IMG/VR virus record: IMGVR_UViG_3300045988_112015
Span: 1-39,520 of that record
Length of the DNA: 39,520 bases
Reading direction: 5' to 3' (one strand)
From: a virus
A program made the translations under genes and the position numbers. The notes below the pieces were generated by a model. The model ran no database searches and was not told the origin of the DNA. It saw nothing but the letters and a program-made list of their open reading frames with translations. Every line of letters starts with the position of its first letter. Within the stretch, counting starts at the first letter, position 1. Below are positions 1-6,846 of the stretch, in pieces.

Positions 1-55
1 TCTGCGGTTGTATAAAGGGATGAGTTCCAACGCGTCCATGCACTCTATTTGCGCC
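1..55. repeat. 55-bp exact identity with 39466..39520 (end overlap of a circular contig)
   Basis: tctgcggttgtataaagggatgagttccaacgcgtccatgcactctatttgcgcc occurs at both window ends. It lies inside a gene that reads through the junction in frame. Confidence 0.9.
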
Positions 56-516
56 ATTTTCAGACGTTCCACCGTATTTAAAATTTTTCCCGGTAGCTCA
101 TTCCAGTATTTCGGCCTGAATACCGTGTTAGTTCTATCATGCGACCATGCCGACCTGTTACGGGTCTTTGCTCCTAAGCCTTGCCACGTTCTCACTAAAA
201 ACCTCCTTGCTTTATCCACAGAGTTATCCACAAAATTATCCCCACCGCATGATTCGTACTCTTCCCTGGCATACGGCGTCATTTCAACAGCCCTGCATAG
301 TGCTTCCACATCATCTCGTATGACGCGAAAGAGGTTTACGACATTTCCATCCATGTCGTTTATAGTTTCCGTACCGGATGGATGTTTTGTAAAAAATACC
401 GCGCCGCTGCCGAAAAACGGTTCGACGTATACATCGTGCCGCGGAAAAAAGTTGACTATCCAGTCCGCTATACGCCACTTTGCGCCCGGATAGCGCAGAA
501 CAGGTTTTATTATCAT
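1..516 (-). CDS. dam: DNA adenine methyltransferase, D12/Dam class, N-terminal part (continues at 39465..39184 across the circular junction)
   Basis: My minus-strand translation from the ATG at 516 gives MIIKPVLRYPGAKWRIADWIVNFFPRHDVYVEPFFGSGAVFFTKHPSGTETINDMDGNVVNLFR... It has no stop before position 1 and covers exactly 172 codons. It contains the FxGxG SAM-binding motif. It joins in frame to the DPPY-containing ORF at the other window end, for 265 aa combined. Confidence 0.9.
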   Translation of the reverse strand, partial: MIIKPVLRYPGAKWRIADWIVNFFPRHDVYVEPFFGSGAVFFTKHPSGTETINDMDGNVVNLFRVIRDDVEALCRAVEMTPYAREEYESCGGDNFVDNSVDKARRFLVRTWQGLGAKTRNRSAWSHDRTNTVFRPKYWNELPGKILNTVERLKMAQIECMDALELIPLYNRR

Positions 517-563
517 CGCACCCTCAATCCTTTTCGCACGCCGATATTTGCCAACTCCATTTT

Positions 564-869
564 TTACCCCCCCCATTCCTTTTTTGCTCCACTTTCCCCG
601 TATAATCCCCGCAAATAAAACACGCATATATCTTCCCCGACTTTCGGCGCGACGAAATGCCTGGCATGATGGCATTGGGGGCAGAGCAGTACGGCTTTTG
701 TCTCTTCATCGCTCTTGTATATGCCGCACGGTTCGTGATGATGCTTTACGCCGTACTCAACATGGGCCCCGCACCATATACACGTGCCATTATCTCTCTC
801 GTAAATTTTGTCATAAAACGCTTTCGCTGCTTTACCCTTTAGTCTTACTCTTTTTGTTTTCGGTATCAT
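564..869 (-). CDS. HNH endonuclease
   Basis: The 101-aa ORF has CIWCG...HHHEP...CPQCHHARH, a Cys-pair plus His-rich HNH/zinc-finger pattern. Confidence 0.7.
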   Translation of the reverse strand: MIPKTKRVRLKGKAAKAFYDKIYERDNGTCIWCGAHVEYGVKHHHEPCGIYKSDEETKAVLLCPQCHHARHFVAPKVGEDICVFYLRGLYGESGAKKEWGG

Positions 870-1092
870 GTCGCACCACCCTATATTTTATTAACCGTCC
901 CTCATAGACTCGTTCGATTCTCGCCCAGCACCCTTTATCTGTGCGTTTGCCGTTAACCATTTCCACAAAGTGGATCATTTCGTCCGGTTTAAAGCACCTT
1001 TTGTCATCGTGTACCCACAGGGTATTTTCTCTGCCGCTTTCGATGGCGGCAGAGGCTATAGGATTTTTTCGGATCAGATATTTCAGACTCAT
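832..1092 (-). CDS. Hypothetical protein (possibly a small ASCH/PUA-like beta-barrel; tentative)
   Basis: 86-aa ORF in the operon. Its start overlaps the Rep 3' end by 89 nt. No diagnostic motif was found. Confidence 0.4.
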   Translation of the reverse strand: MSLKYLIRKNPIASAAIESGRENTLWVHDDKRCFKPDEMIHFVEMVNGKRTDKGCWARIERVYEGRLIKYRVVRHDTENKKSKTKG

Positions 1093-1813
1093 TTCTATTG
1101 TCCTTTATCATGCGGTAAAACATGTACGGGAATCCCCACGCCGTAAATCCGTATTGTACCGGCTTTTCGATATACCATCCTGTCGGCGCTTTCGGTTCCC
1201 GCCATGTTTTACTTTTTATGATTTCTTTTTTTATTTCCGGCTTGCGCAGGTTTCGGCTTGCCCGGTATCTGGATTTCTGCACAGCGTCCGCCTTACAAAA
1301 TGTCTCCCTCGTTTCCTTTACAAAGTATTCCGCTACTCGCTTGGCATCCGCCGCTGCTCCGTCATAGTATTTAAATGCCTTGTACGGGATGTCAGACCAT
1401 TTCCATAACTTTTTGTAATCTTTTCGCTGCAGTCCGATATTGTTTATCAGCATATGATGATGTATCCGGTGCCCGTCGCATTCCGTTGTCGCGATCCATT
1501 TCAACTGTCGGCCCAGTTTGTGATACAAGCGCCGGAGATTTTTCAGGAAATTGTCCAGCCTCTTTTTTGCTTCCCACTCGTCCGGTTCCGGTTCCCGATA
1601 CGTCAGGTCGATACGGATATCTTCCTCTTTAAAATTTTCCAGTATCAGGTAATACAGATGGCGGATAGAATTTTTTTCATTCACACGCCATTGTTCTGCA
1701 GTTGTCTTTTTATTATTTTTTGATCGCGGCATTGTCGGCGTTTTGTATCGGGAAGTATGATATTTGCAAATTTCAATTACGTTTCCGGCTTTTACCGTTT
1801 TCTGCACATACAT
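1004..1813 (-). CDS. HUH-superfamily rolling-circle replication initiator (Rep)
   Basis: Motif 1-like IRIDLTY, HUH motif GHRIHHHMLIN, and motif 3-like RVAEYFVKETRE (Tyr/Lys) occur in the order seen in pC194-type Reps. I prefer the ATG at 1813 (MYVQKTV), which has AAGAGG 8 nt upstream, over the TTG at 1819. Confidence 0.6.
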   Translation of the reverse strand: MYVQKTVKAGNVIEICKYHTSRYKTPTMPRSKNNKKTTAEQWRVNEKNSIRHLYYLILENFKEEDIRIDLTYREPEPDEWEAKKRLDNFLKNLRRLYHKLGRQLKWIATTECDGHRIHHHMLINNIGLQRKDYKKLWKWSDIPYKAFKYYDGAAADAKRVAEYFVKETRETFCKADAVQKSRYRASRNLRKPEIKKEIIKSKTWREPKAPTGWYIEKPVQYGFTAWGFPYMFYRMIKDNRNESEISDPKKSYSLCRHRKRQRKYPVGTR

Positions 1814-1966
1814 TATCAACCTCTTTTTTAGACGTTGAATGGTCGTATATTTAATACCTTTAAGCTAGTGGAAAATAGGACCGAAGCCCTATTTCCAAAA
1901 GCTATATAATGTTATATACTATATATAGACCACTCACGGTGTTTATGGCACCACGGTCATTATTTG

Positions 1967-2185
1967 TCAGACGTCCTTTTGGGCGTCTCTTTTTTTATTT
2001 ACCGCCGCTATACGCTGCCGCATATCGGCAATTGTTTTTCGCGCTCTTGCATCCTGCACTTTCGGCACTCTCCTGTATGTACATGTCCATGTTTTCCGCC
2101 CCGAAAAGTATTTACATGTAAAACAGGTATGTTCCGGCACCGTTCCGCTCACAGGACAATATACGTGTGCTTTACTTTCCATCAT
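1967..2185 (-). CDS. Hypothetical Cys-rich small protein
   Basis: 72-aa ORF in the operon with CPVS...CFTC...C spacing. No further motif. Confidence 0.45.
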   Translation of the reverse strand: MMESKAHVYCPVSGTVPEHTCFTCKYFSGRKTWTCTYRRVPKVQDARARKTIADMRQRIAAVNKKRDAQKDV

Positions 2186-2448
2186 TGCATAATTAACTCC
2201 AGCAAACGGATGGACATAATCATGTCGATCAGGACCATCGCAATAATAAACAGTCCCACAAACGTTCCATATAGTTTTATTTCCTTTATTTGGGCGTTCA
2301 ATCTTTCGTTTTCTTCTTTCAGCACTGCATTTCCGGCAAGCGCTTCTTCTTTGTCAATCCGCTCTTCCACGAGCTCCCATTTCAGATCCTCTACCGTCTT
2401 TTCATTTCTTTTCTCTTGGTTTATCCACTCCGGCAAAGTTATTTTCAT
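2182..2448 (-). CDS. Hypothetical coiled-coil protein with C-terminal transmembrane segment
   Basis: 88-aa ORF. It has a charged heptad-like N-terminal half and the hydrophobic stretch FVGLFIIAMVLIDMIM. Both of its ends overlap the neighbouring genes by 4 nt. Confidence 0.5.
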   Translation of the reverse strand: MKITLPEWINQEKRNEKTVEDLKWELVEERIDKEEALAGNAVLKEENERLNAQIKEIKLYGTFVGLFIIAMVLIDMIMSIRLLELIMQ

Positions 2449-2882
2449 TTTTTCCGCTCCTTTTTATTCCACTTTCGCACCGCTTCCCTAGCGGCAGCGA
2501 TATGTGCATCAAATTCTTTGTAAAAGTTTTCTTTTCTCGTATCCGGTGCAAGCGGGATATCATCAAGTCTTTCTTTTAATTCCTCTATTGATTTAAATAC
2601 GGGTGTTCCTATCTTATACGCAAAAGCCAATTCTGTTTGACATCCAACGCTGCCGCCCCAGTTCCCCATCATCAACACCGCATCACACGCCCGCTCCAAC
2701 TCCAGGCAGAGCTTTAGGCCGTCTTTATATATCAGCGCATCATACGGACAACGTATGGCATGCAAAGCGGAAACAAACGTCACTTCTGGCAGCTGTCTTG
2801 CCAACATTTTTATAGCGGCGTCGCATAAGACCCGGTTCGTTCCTTTTCCACCGTACGGGTGGGATACATATACTACGTACAT
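2445..2882 (-). CDS. Nucleoside 2-deoxyribosyltransferase-like (DUF4406-like) protein
   Basis: MYVVYVSHPYGG...ACDAVLMMGNWGGSVGCQTELAFAYKIGTPVF matches the remembered pattern of that family (..cDav.ml.gW..S.G...E...A). The ATG at 2882 is preceded by GGAAGGAGA. Confidence 0.45.
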   Translation of the reverse strand: MYVVYVSHPYGGKGTNRVLCDAAIKMLARQLPEVTFVSALHAIRCPYDALIYKDGLKLCLELERACDAVLMMGNWGGSVGCQTELAFAYKIGTPVFKSIEELKERLDDIPLAPDTRKENFYKEFDAHIAAAREAVRKWNKKERKK

Positions 2883-2884
2883 GA

Positions 2885-3145
2885 TCAGTCTCCTTCCGGA
2901 AGAATATATTCGACTCCGGCATGACTCATCGGCCACGCCTCTTCTATAACGAGCCCCGCATCCCTGTTATTAATCAGGTTTTCATCAAACGCTTTTAAGA
3001 TGTATCGCCGTTTGCGCGTAAAGTTTTGGGCCGGAACGACGGTAATTTCCGGAGCCGCTCCACTCTTTCTAATCATGAGACATATATATGCCGTATTATT
3101 TTTTATTGCGTCTTCCCATACTTGCATTAATTCCAGTCTTGTCAT
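2885..3145 (-). CDS. Hypothetical protein
   Basis: 86-aa ORF, tightly packed in the operon. Confidence 0.5.
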   Translation of the reverse strand: MTRLELMQVWEDAIKNNTAYICLMIRKSGAAPEITVVPAQNFTRKRRYILKAFDENLINNRDAGLVIEEAWPMSHAGVEYILPEGD

Positions 3146-3558
3146 TTTCTCACCTCAAATGCCGTCACTTTGACAGCTACCTTATTTACGTTATTTTTTT
3201 CAAAAATTACGATAGCGGACGGGAACGGCGCGGAGTTTTTACTGTCATTAAATTTCAACCGCCCCTTTATTAGCCGTATTTCCGTTGCTTTCATTACCCA
3301 GTCATGCCACCACTTAGTGTCAGTACGTGCCGGTACCAAGCATACTATCGTTCCTCACGGCGGATTCATCCACGCAACGCCTTCCCACGGCCTCGTCAAT
3401 CCATCTTGCTGCGGAGAGAAAAATTCTTTGCATTTCGTATTTTCCGCTGTGGCGCATACATCCACGTCAAATTCAAACTCTTCATTCAATTGTTCAAAGA
3501 GTTCTTGCGGCGTTTCCCACTCTGCAGATGCGCTACTGTATAAACCTTTATTTATCAT
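3142..3558 (-). pseudogene. Phage 'DNA N-6-adenine-methyltransferase (Dam)' family gene interrupted by one in-frame TGA at the NPP[Y/F/W] motif
   Basis: ORFs 3355..3558 (...SAEWETPQELF...DGLTRPWEGVAWMNPP) and 3142..3339 (LVPARTDTKWWHDWV...IKGRLKF...APFPSAIVIF) are in the same frame. Only TGA (3355-3357) separates them, followed by GTIVC. Both halves carry the family's hallmark motifs. Confidence 0.75.
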
Positions 3559-3567
3559 GAGTCAGTC

Positions 3568-3762
3568 CTATTCGCCATCAATAACTACATGTGTCTCTGT
3601 GGCTAACAGTGTAATGCCTGCGCATGTGACTATTGCCGTAGTCATAGGCGTTTGACGTTTCCTGATATACTCAACTAACGGCCGTGCCGCTTCTGCCAAC
3701 TCATTCTGCATGATCCTTATTTTTTTCCTGTTCGTGCAAGGCTCTTTTTCTTTCTCTTCCAT
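3568..3762 (-). CDS. Hypothetical protein
   Basis: 64-aa ORF in the operon. Confidence 0.45.
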   Translation of the reverse strand: MEEKEKEPCTNRKKIRIMQNELAEAARPLVEYIRKRQTPMTTAIVTCAGITLLATETHVVIDGE

Positions 3763-3775
3763 TCTTTATTCCTCC

Positions 3776-4225
3776 TTATTTACCCGTACTTCCAAAGCCG
3801 CCGCCACCGCGGTCTGTGGTGGTCAATTCTTTTACTTCCTCAAACTCTACAGGGATGTTCTTTTCTATCAGGCCCTGCATAAAGCGGTCTCCCTTGTGAA
3901 TCATCCTGGTCATTTTTCGTCTGCCATGAGTTTTAAATATTCCCATCACTTCTCCGCGGTAATTACTGTCGATAATGCCAACACAATTTGCCAGGAAAAG
4001 CCTTGTCTTAGCTCCGTATGAACTTCTCATAAATAGTTTCATGTGATAACCTTCTGGAATTTCAAAGGAAAGCCCGGTTCTTACAAAAGTTGCTTTGGCG
4101 TATTGCGCAGACTTAACCACCGTGTCCTCTATGGCGTAGAAGTCAAAGCAGGCGTTTCCCTCTGTAATTAAAGGCATTTGCGCCTCGGGGTGAGTCTTTT
4201 TAATCTTGATTTTTAAAGGTTCCAT
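3776..4225 (-). CDS. dut: dUTP diphosphatase (trimeric dUTPase)
   Basis: Contains the dUTPase motifs GIIDSNYRGE and RGGGGFGSTG near the C-terminus. Length is 149 aa. Confidence 0.9.
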   Translation of the reverse strand: MEPLKIKIKKTHPEAQMPLITEGNACFDFYAIEDTVVKSAQYAKATFVRTGLSFEIPEGYHMKLFMRSSYGAKTRLFLANCVGIIDSNYRGEVMGIFKTHGRRKMTRMIHKGDRFMQGLIEKNIPVEFEEVKELTTTDRGGGGFGSTGK

Positions 4226-4237
4226 TTTTTCTCCTTT

Positions 4238-4477
4238 TTATTTAAAAATCTGCTTTAATATGTCGTACATCATTGCTGTAGAATTATCCGCTGCAACGTT
4301 TGCTATTTTTACTACTCCGGTCGAAAATGTCACCCCCACGCATTCCGATTCGGGAATATATGTCAACCGACACTTCTGCCCCGCCGCGTTCAACGCAGCT
4401 TCCAATAACACGAGTACTCTTTCCTTTTCTTTTCGTTCCCGCTCAATTACATAATCTCTCTGTTCTTCGTTCATCAT
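4238..4477 (-). CDS. Hypothetical protein
   Basis: 79-aa ORF with GGAAGGA upstream of its ATG. Confidence 0.5.
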   Translation of the reverse strand: MMNEEQRDYVIERERKEKERVLVLLEAALNAAGQKCRLTYIPESECVGVTFSTGVVKIANVAADNSTAMMYDILKQIFK

Positions 4478-4661
4478 TTTTCTTCATCCTTCCCGTATCT
4501 CGATCCAAATCCATGCCAGCAGCACAATCGTTACGGCCGCACTCGTTCCTGCCGTTATCAATTCCAGCTTTTTCACCCCCTGTTATAAATATTCCTATGT
4601 TTATCGGCATCCGATTTTCCGGACGCCGTTTCCGCTCGGTGTCTTTTTTTATTCCGAACAT
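4443..4661 (-). CDS. Hypothetical protein (weak call)
   Basis: 72-aa ORF with GAGGG 9 nt upstream of the ATG. The sequence is compositionally odd and overlaps the next gene by 35 nt. Confidence 0.3.
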   Translation of the reverse strand: MFGIKKDTERKRRPENRMPINIGIFITGGEKAGIDNGRNECGRNDCAAGMDLDRDTGRMKKNDERRTERLCN

Positions 4662-4717
4662 TTGTTTTCCCTCTTATCCATATTTACCTGGCTCCGCACG
4701 CCTTTATTATTATTTGC

Positions 4718-4729
4718 ACGGTTTTCCGT
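4718..4729. promoter_or_regulatory. Operator-like site ACGGTTTTCCGT (copy 1 of 4)
   Basis: The same 12-mer recurs in the divergent switch region. This copy lies just downstream of the cro-like stop. Confidence 0.45.
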
Positions 4730-4731
4730 AT

Positions 4732-4956
4732 TTAATGTGTAAAAAAAAGATCCGTTACTTCTTCGGCCGATAGTTTTCTGTCTATTGCCTCATTGGCAAC
4801 TTTATCGATCTCTCTCTGTGTAAAACAAACCTTATTGCCCATTCGTCGCACTAATGCGGTTGTGCCAATCCCAAGAAATTTGGCAAAAGCCCCCTGCGTG
4901 CCAAAATGTTCAACAATAAACCCCCTTAACTTTGAATAATTAAATTTTTCATTCAT
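4732..4956 (-). CDS. Cro-like / XRE-type HTH early regulator
   Basis: 74 aa with GAFAKFLGIGTTALVRRMGNK, an HTH-like segment. It is the first gene of the leftward operon and is divergent from the repressor gene. Confidence 0.6.
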   Translation of the reverse strand: MNEKFNYSKLRGFIVEHFGTQGAFAKFLGIGTTALVRRMGNKVCFTQREIDKVANEAIDRKLSAEEVTDLFFTH

Positions 4957-4976
4957 ATTTTATCATCCTTTCTTGC

Positions 4977-5088
4977 TCGGTTTTCCGTGCTCGCTGTAAT
5001 CATATCATAGTTTCATTTTTCTGTAAACGGTTTTCCGTTTTTTTTTATGCTTATCCCGTTGTTTTATTACGCTTTTCCGTATATAATA
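4977..5088. promoter_or_regulatory. Divergent genetic-switch region: leftward and rightward promoters with three operator copies
   Basis: Operator copies are TCGGTTTTCCGT (4977-4988), ACGGTTTTCCGT (5027-5038) and ACGCTTTTCCGT (5069-5080). The leftward promoter has -35 TTTACA (5027-5022), a 17-nt spacer and -10 TATGAT (5004-4999). The rightward promoter has -35 TTGTTT (5059-5064) and -10 TATAAT (5082-5087), with an operator in the spacer. Confidence 0.6.
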
Positions 5089-5126
5089 TTTTTATACAGT
5101 GTTTAATCAAGAAAGGAGCGCGATAC

Positions 5127-5492
5127 ATGGATAAAACCTTTATTTACAGACTAAAAGAATCTATGTCCAAAAGAAACTTATCGCAAGCTGATTTATCTAA
5201 ATTAACGGGGATAAGAACGTCATCAATTTCCGATTATTTATCTGGAAAGTATTCTCCCAAACAAGATAAAATCGCGATTATTGCTAAAGCTTTGTCAGTC
5301 AATCCCGGATGGTTAATGGGATATGATTTGAAAGAAAAAACACGCAATGTAAACACTTCTTTTTCTACCGACATTAAATACTTGCTGCAAAATACGTCTT
5401 ACTGCACTTATGGCGGCAAAAAAATAGAAAAAAATCTTCTCATGAAATTAATTCAAGCCGCCGTAGAAGCAAAAGAAGGTGATGATGATTGA
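5127..5492 (+). CDS. XRE-family HTH repressor (CI/ImmR-like)
   Basis: LSQADLSKLTGIRTSSISDYLSGKYSPKQDKIAIIAKALSVNPGWLMG is a classic XRE HTH. GAAAGGAG RBS is present. It is followed by an ImmA-type protease gene. Confidence 0.85.
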   Translation: MDKTFIYRLKESMSKRNLSQADLSKLTGIRTSSISDYLSGKYSPKQDKIAIIAKALSVNPGWLMGYDLKEKTRNVNTSFSTDIKYLLQNTSYCTYGGKKIEKNLLMKLIQAAVEAKEGDDD

Positions 5493-5956
5493 AGCGAATA
5501 CTCCCGATTGTTTTAAATTTAGTCCAGCAATATGGGACTAACGATCCCAAGGAATTATGTCAATGCATAGGGATTGATGTTATTCACATCAATATTCCTA
5601 TGGGGCCGCGAGGTGTATCACTTAAGATATTGGACGCGAGATATGTTTATCTGGATAACTGCTTGAGCAAAGACGAGAAAAACGTTACATTGGCTCACGA
5701 ATTAGGGCATGCCGTACTCAAACATTCGCAGCATCGAATTATAGATGTTGATATTGTATCCAAAAAAGATAACCCCGAACATGTTGCCAAAGAAGAATTA
5801 GAAGCCAATAAATTCGCCTTTCTTCTTATATCTCATACGTGTTTGCGTAATGATTATGATATGATCGATGGGATACGCAATGAAAAGCTCTTAACCATTG
5901 ATCGCGTACTAGAATTACTTGATGTATTTTCTAACACTGCATGCTATATTAATTAA
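5489..5956 (+). CDS. ImmA/IrrE-family zinc metallopeptidase (anti-repressor protease)
   Basis: Contains the HExxH motif in LAHELGHAVLKH. The TTG start overlaps the repressor stop, with AAGGTGA upstream. The pairing with an XRE repressor resembles ImmR/ImmA. Confidence 0.8.
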   Translation: MKRILPIVLNLVQQYGTNDPKELCQCIGIDVIHINIPMGPRGVSLKILDARYVYLDNCLSKDEKNVTLAHELGHAVLKHSQHRIIDVDIVSKKDNPEHVAKEELEANKFAFLLISHTCLRNDYDMIDGIRNEKLLTIDRVLELLDVFSNTACYIN

Positions 5957-5970
5957 TAAGGAGTGTTTCT

Positions 5971-6690
5971 ATGCAATTTAAAACCTTCTCCCTTAAATTT
6001 CCGATTGGAAAATTTTTATTTGTTTTTTTTATTCTTGTTGTTATATTTTTTTCATCATTATGTGGTTTATATATTTATTATCAAAACATTTCTCTTTCTG
6101 ATAAAATTGCCGGCACATATCTTTCCGACGTAACATCCATTGATTATCAAGATAATGATGCAATAATTGATAAATATGGAAAACAAGCCCATTTTATTTT
6201 TAGCCAAAGACCTCATTATTGCGAAAGGTTAATCTCTATAGAAAGAAAGGATAAGTCGACAGTATCCATTCATGCAACATTAACAACAGAAAAGAAAAAG
6301 GAACTAGACATCAATTACGATTCAGCACATATTAAAGCTCCGATTTCTACTGTGTTAAAACAGGAGTTTTTCAATGAATCTGCTTCTTTATATCTTTATG
6401 ATGATAACAACGAGGAAATCGGGTATATACGTCTACCTTCGCATGTGCAATCTAATTATACTATCGTATTAAATAAACTGACCTTATTTAATTCGGAATA
6501 TGGTTTTTCTGTCAAAGAACCTTATTCATCTCACGAATATAAACTTCAAAACAATCAAAAAAGCTTTGATTACTGGCAATATATCATAACTCAAAACCTT
6601 GACAAAAAAGCACGCGAATCAAAAGATCGTTTAGAGAACATTATTAAGGAAATAAAAAACAGACATGAATATTATCAATCTCTTCATTAA
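5971..6690 (+). CDS. AT-rich membrane-anchored hypothetical protein (lysogeny-module moron)
   Basis: 239 aa with an N-terminal hydrophobic segment FLFVFFILVVIFFSSLCGLYIYY. It is visibly more AT-rich than its neighbours and has a GGAG RBS. Confidence 0.7.
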   Translation: MQFKTFSLKFPIGKFLFVFFILVVIFFSSLCGLYIYYQNISLSDKIAGTYLSDVTSIDYQDNDAIIDKYGKQAHFIFSQRPHYCERLISIERKDKSTVSIHATLTTEKKKELDINYDSAHIKAPISTVLKQEFFNESASLYLYDDNNEEIGYIRLPSHVQSNYTIVLNKLTLFNSEYGFSVKEPYSSHEYKLQNNQKSFDYWQYIITQNLDKKARESKDRLENIIKEIKNRHEYYQSLH

Positions 6691-6846
6691 TTCTAATAAC
6701 TAAAAATCCCGTCAGTACCGCTAATACTAACGGGAATGCAAGACATTTACTCACCCCGCATGGATTTGTAAGTGACCTGCAAGGTCATTATACCAAAATC
6801 CATATACATTTGTATACCCGGCCCCGCACGCCAGGAAGGATATATA

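Noticed and set aside
1-55. The terminal repeat as a biological direct terminal repeat or cos end (T7-like phages do have DTRs)
   Set aside because: It lies in the middle of an intact Dam ORF that reads through the join in frame. It is only 55 nt, a common assembler k-mer length. This fits circularisation overlap better than a physical end, though read-terminus analysis is still needed.
6772-6846. GTG-initiated 25-codon N-terminal extension of the integrase ORF
   Set aside because: The ATG at 6847 is preceded by AGGAAGGA. It places the catalytic YCRVST motif at the usual distance from the N-terminus. The extension covers likely regulatory or att DNA.
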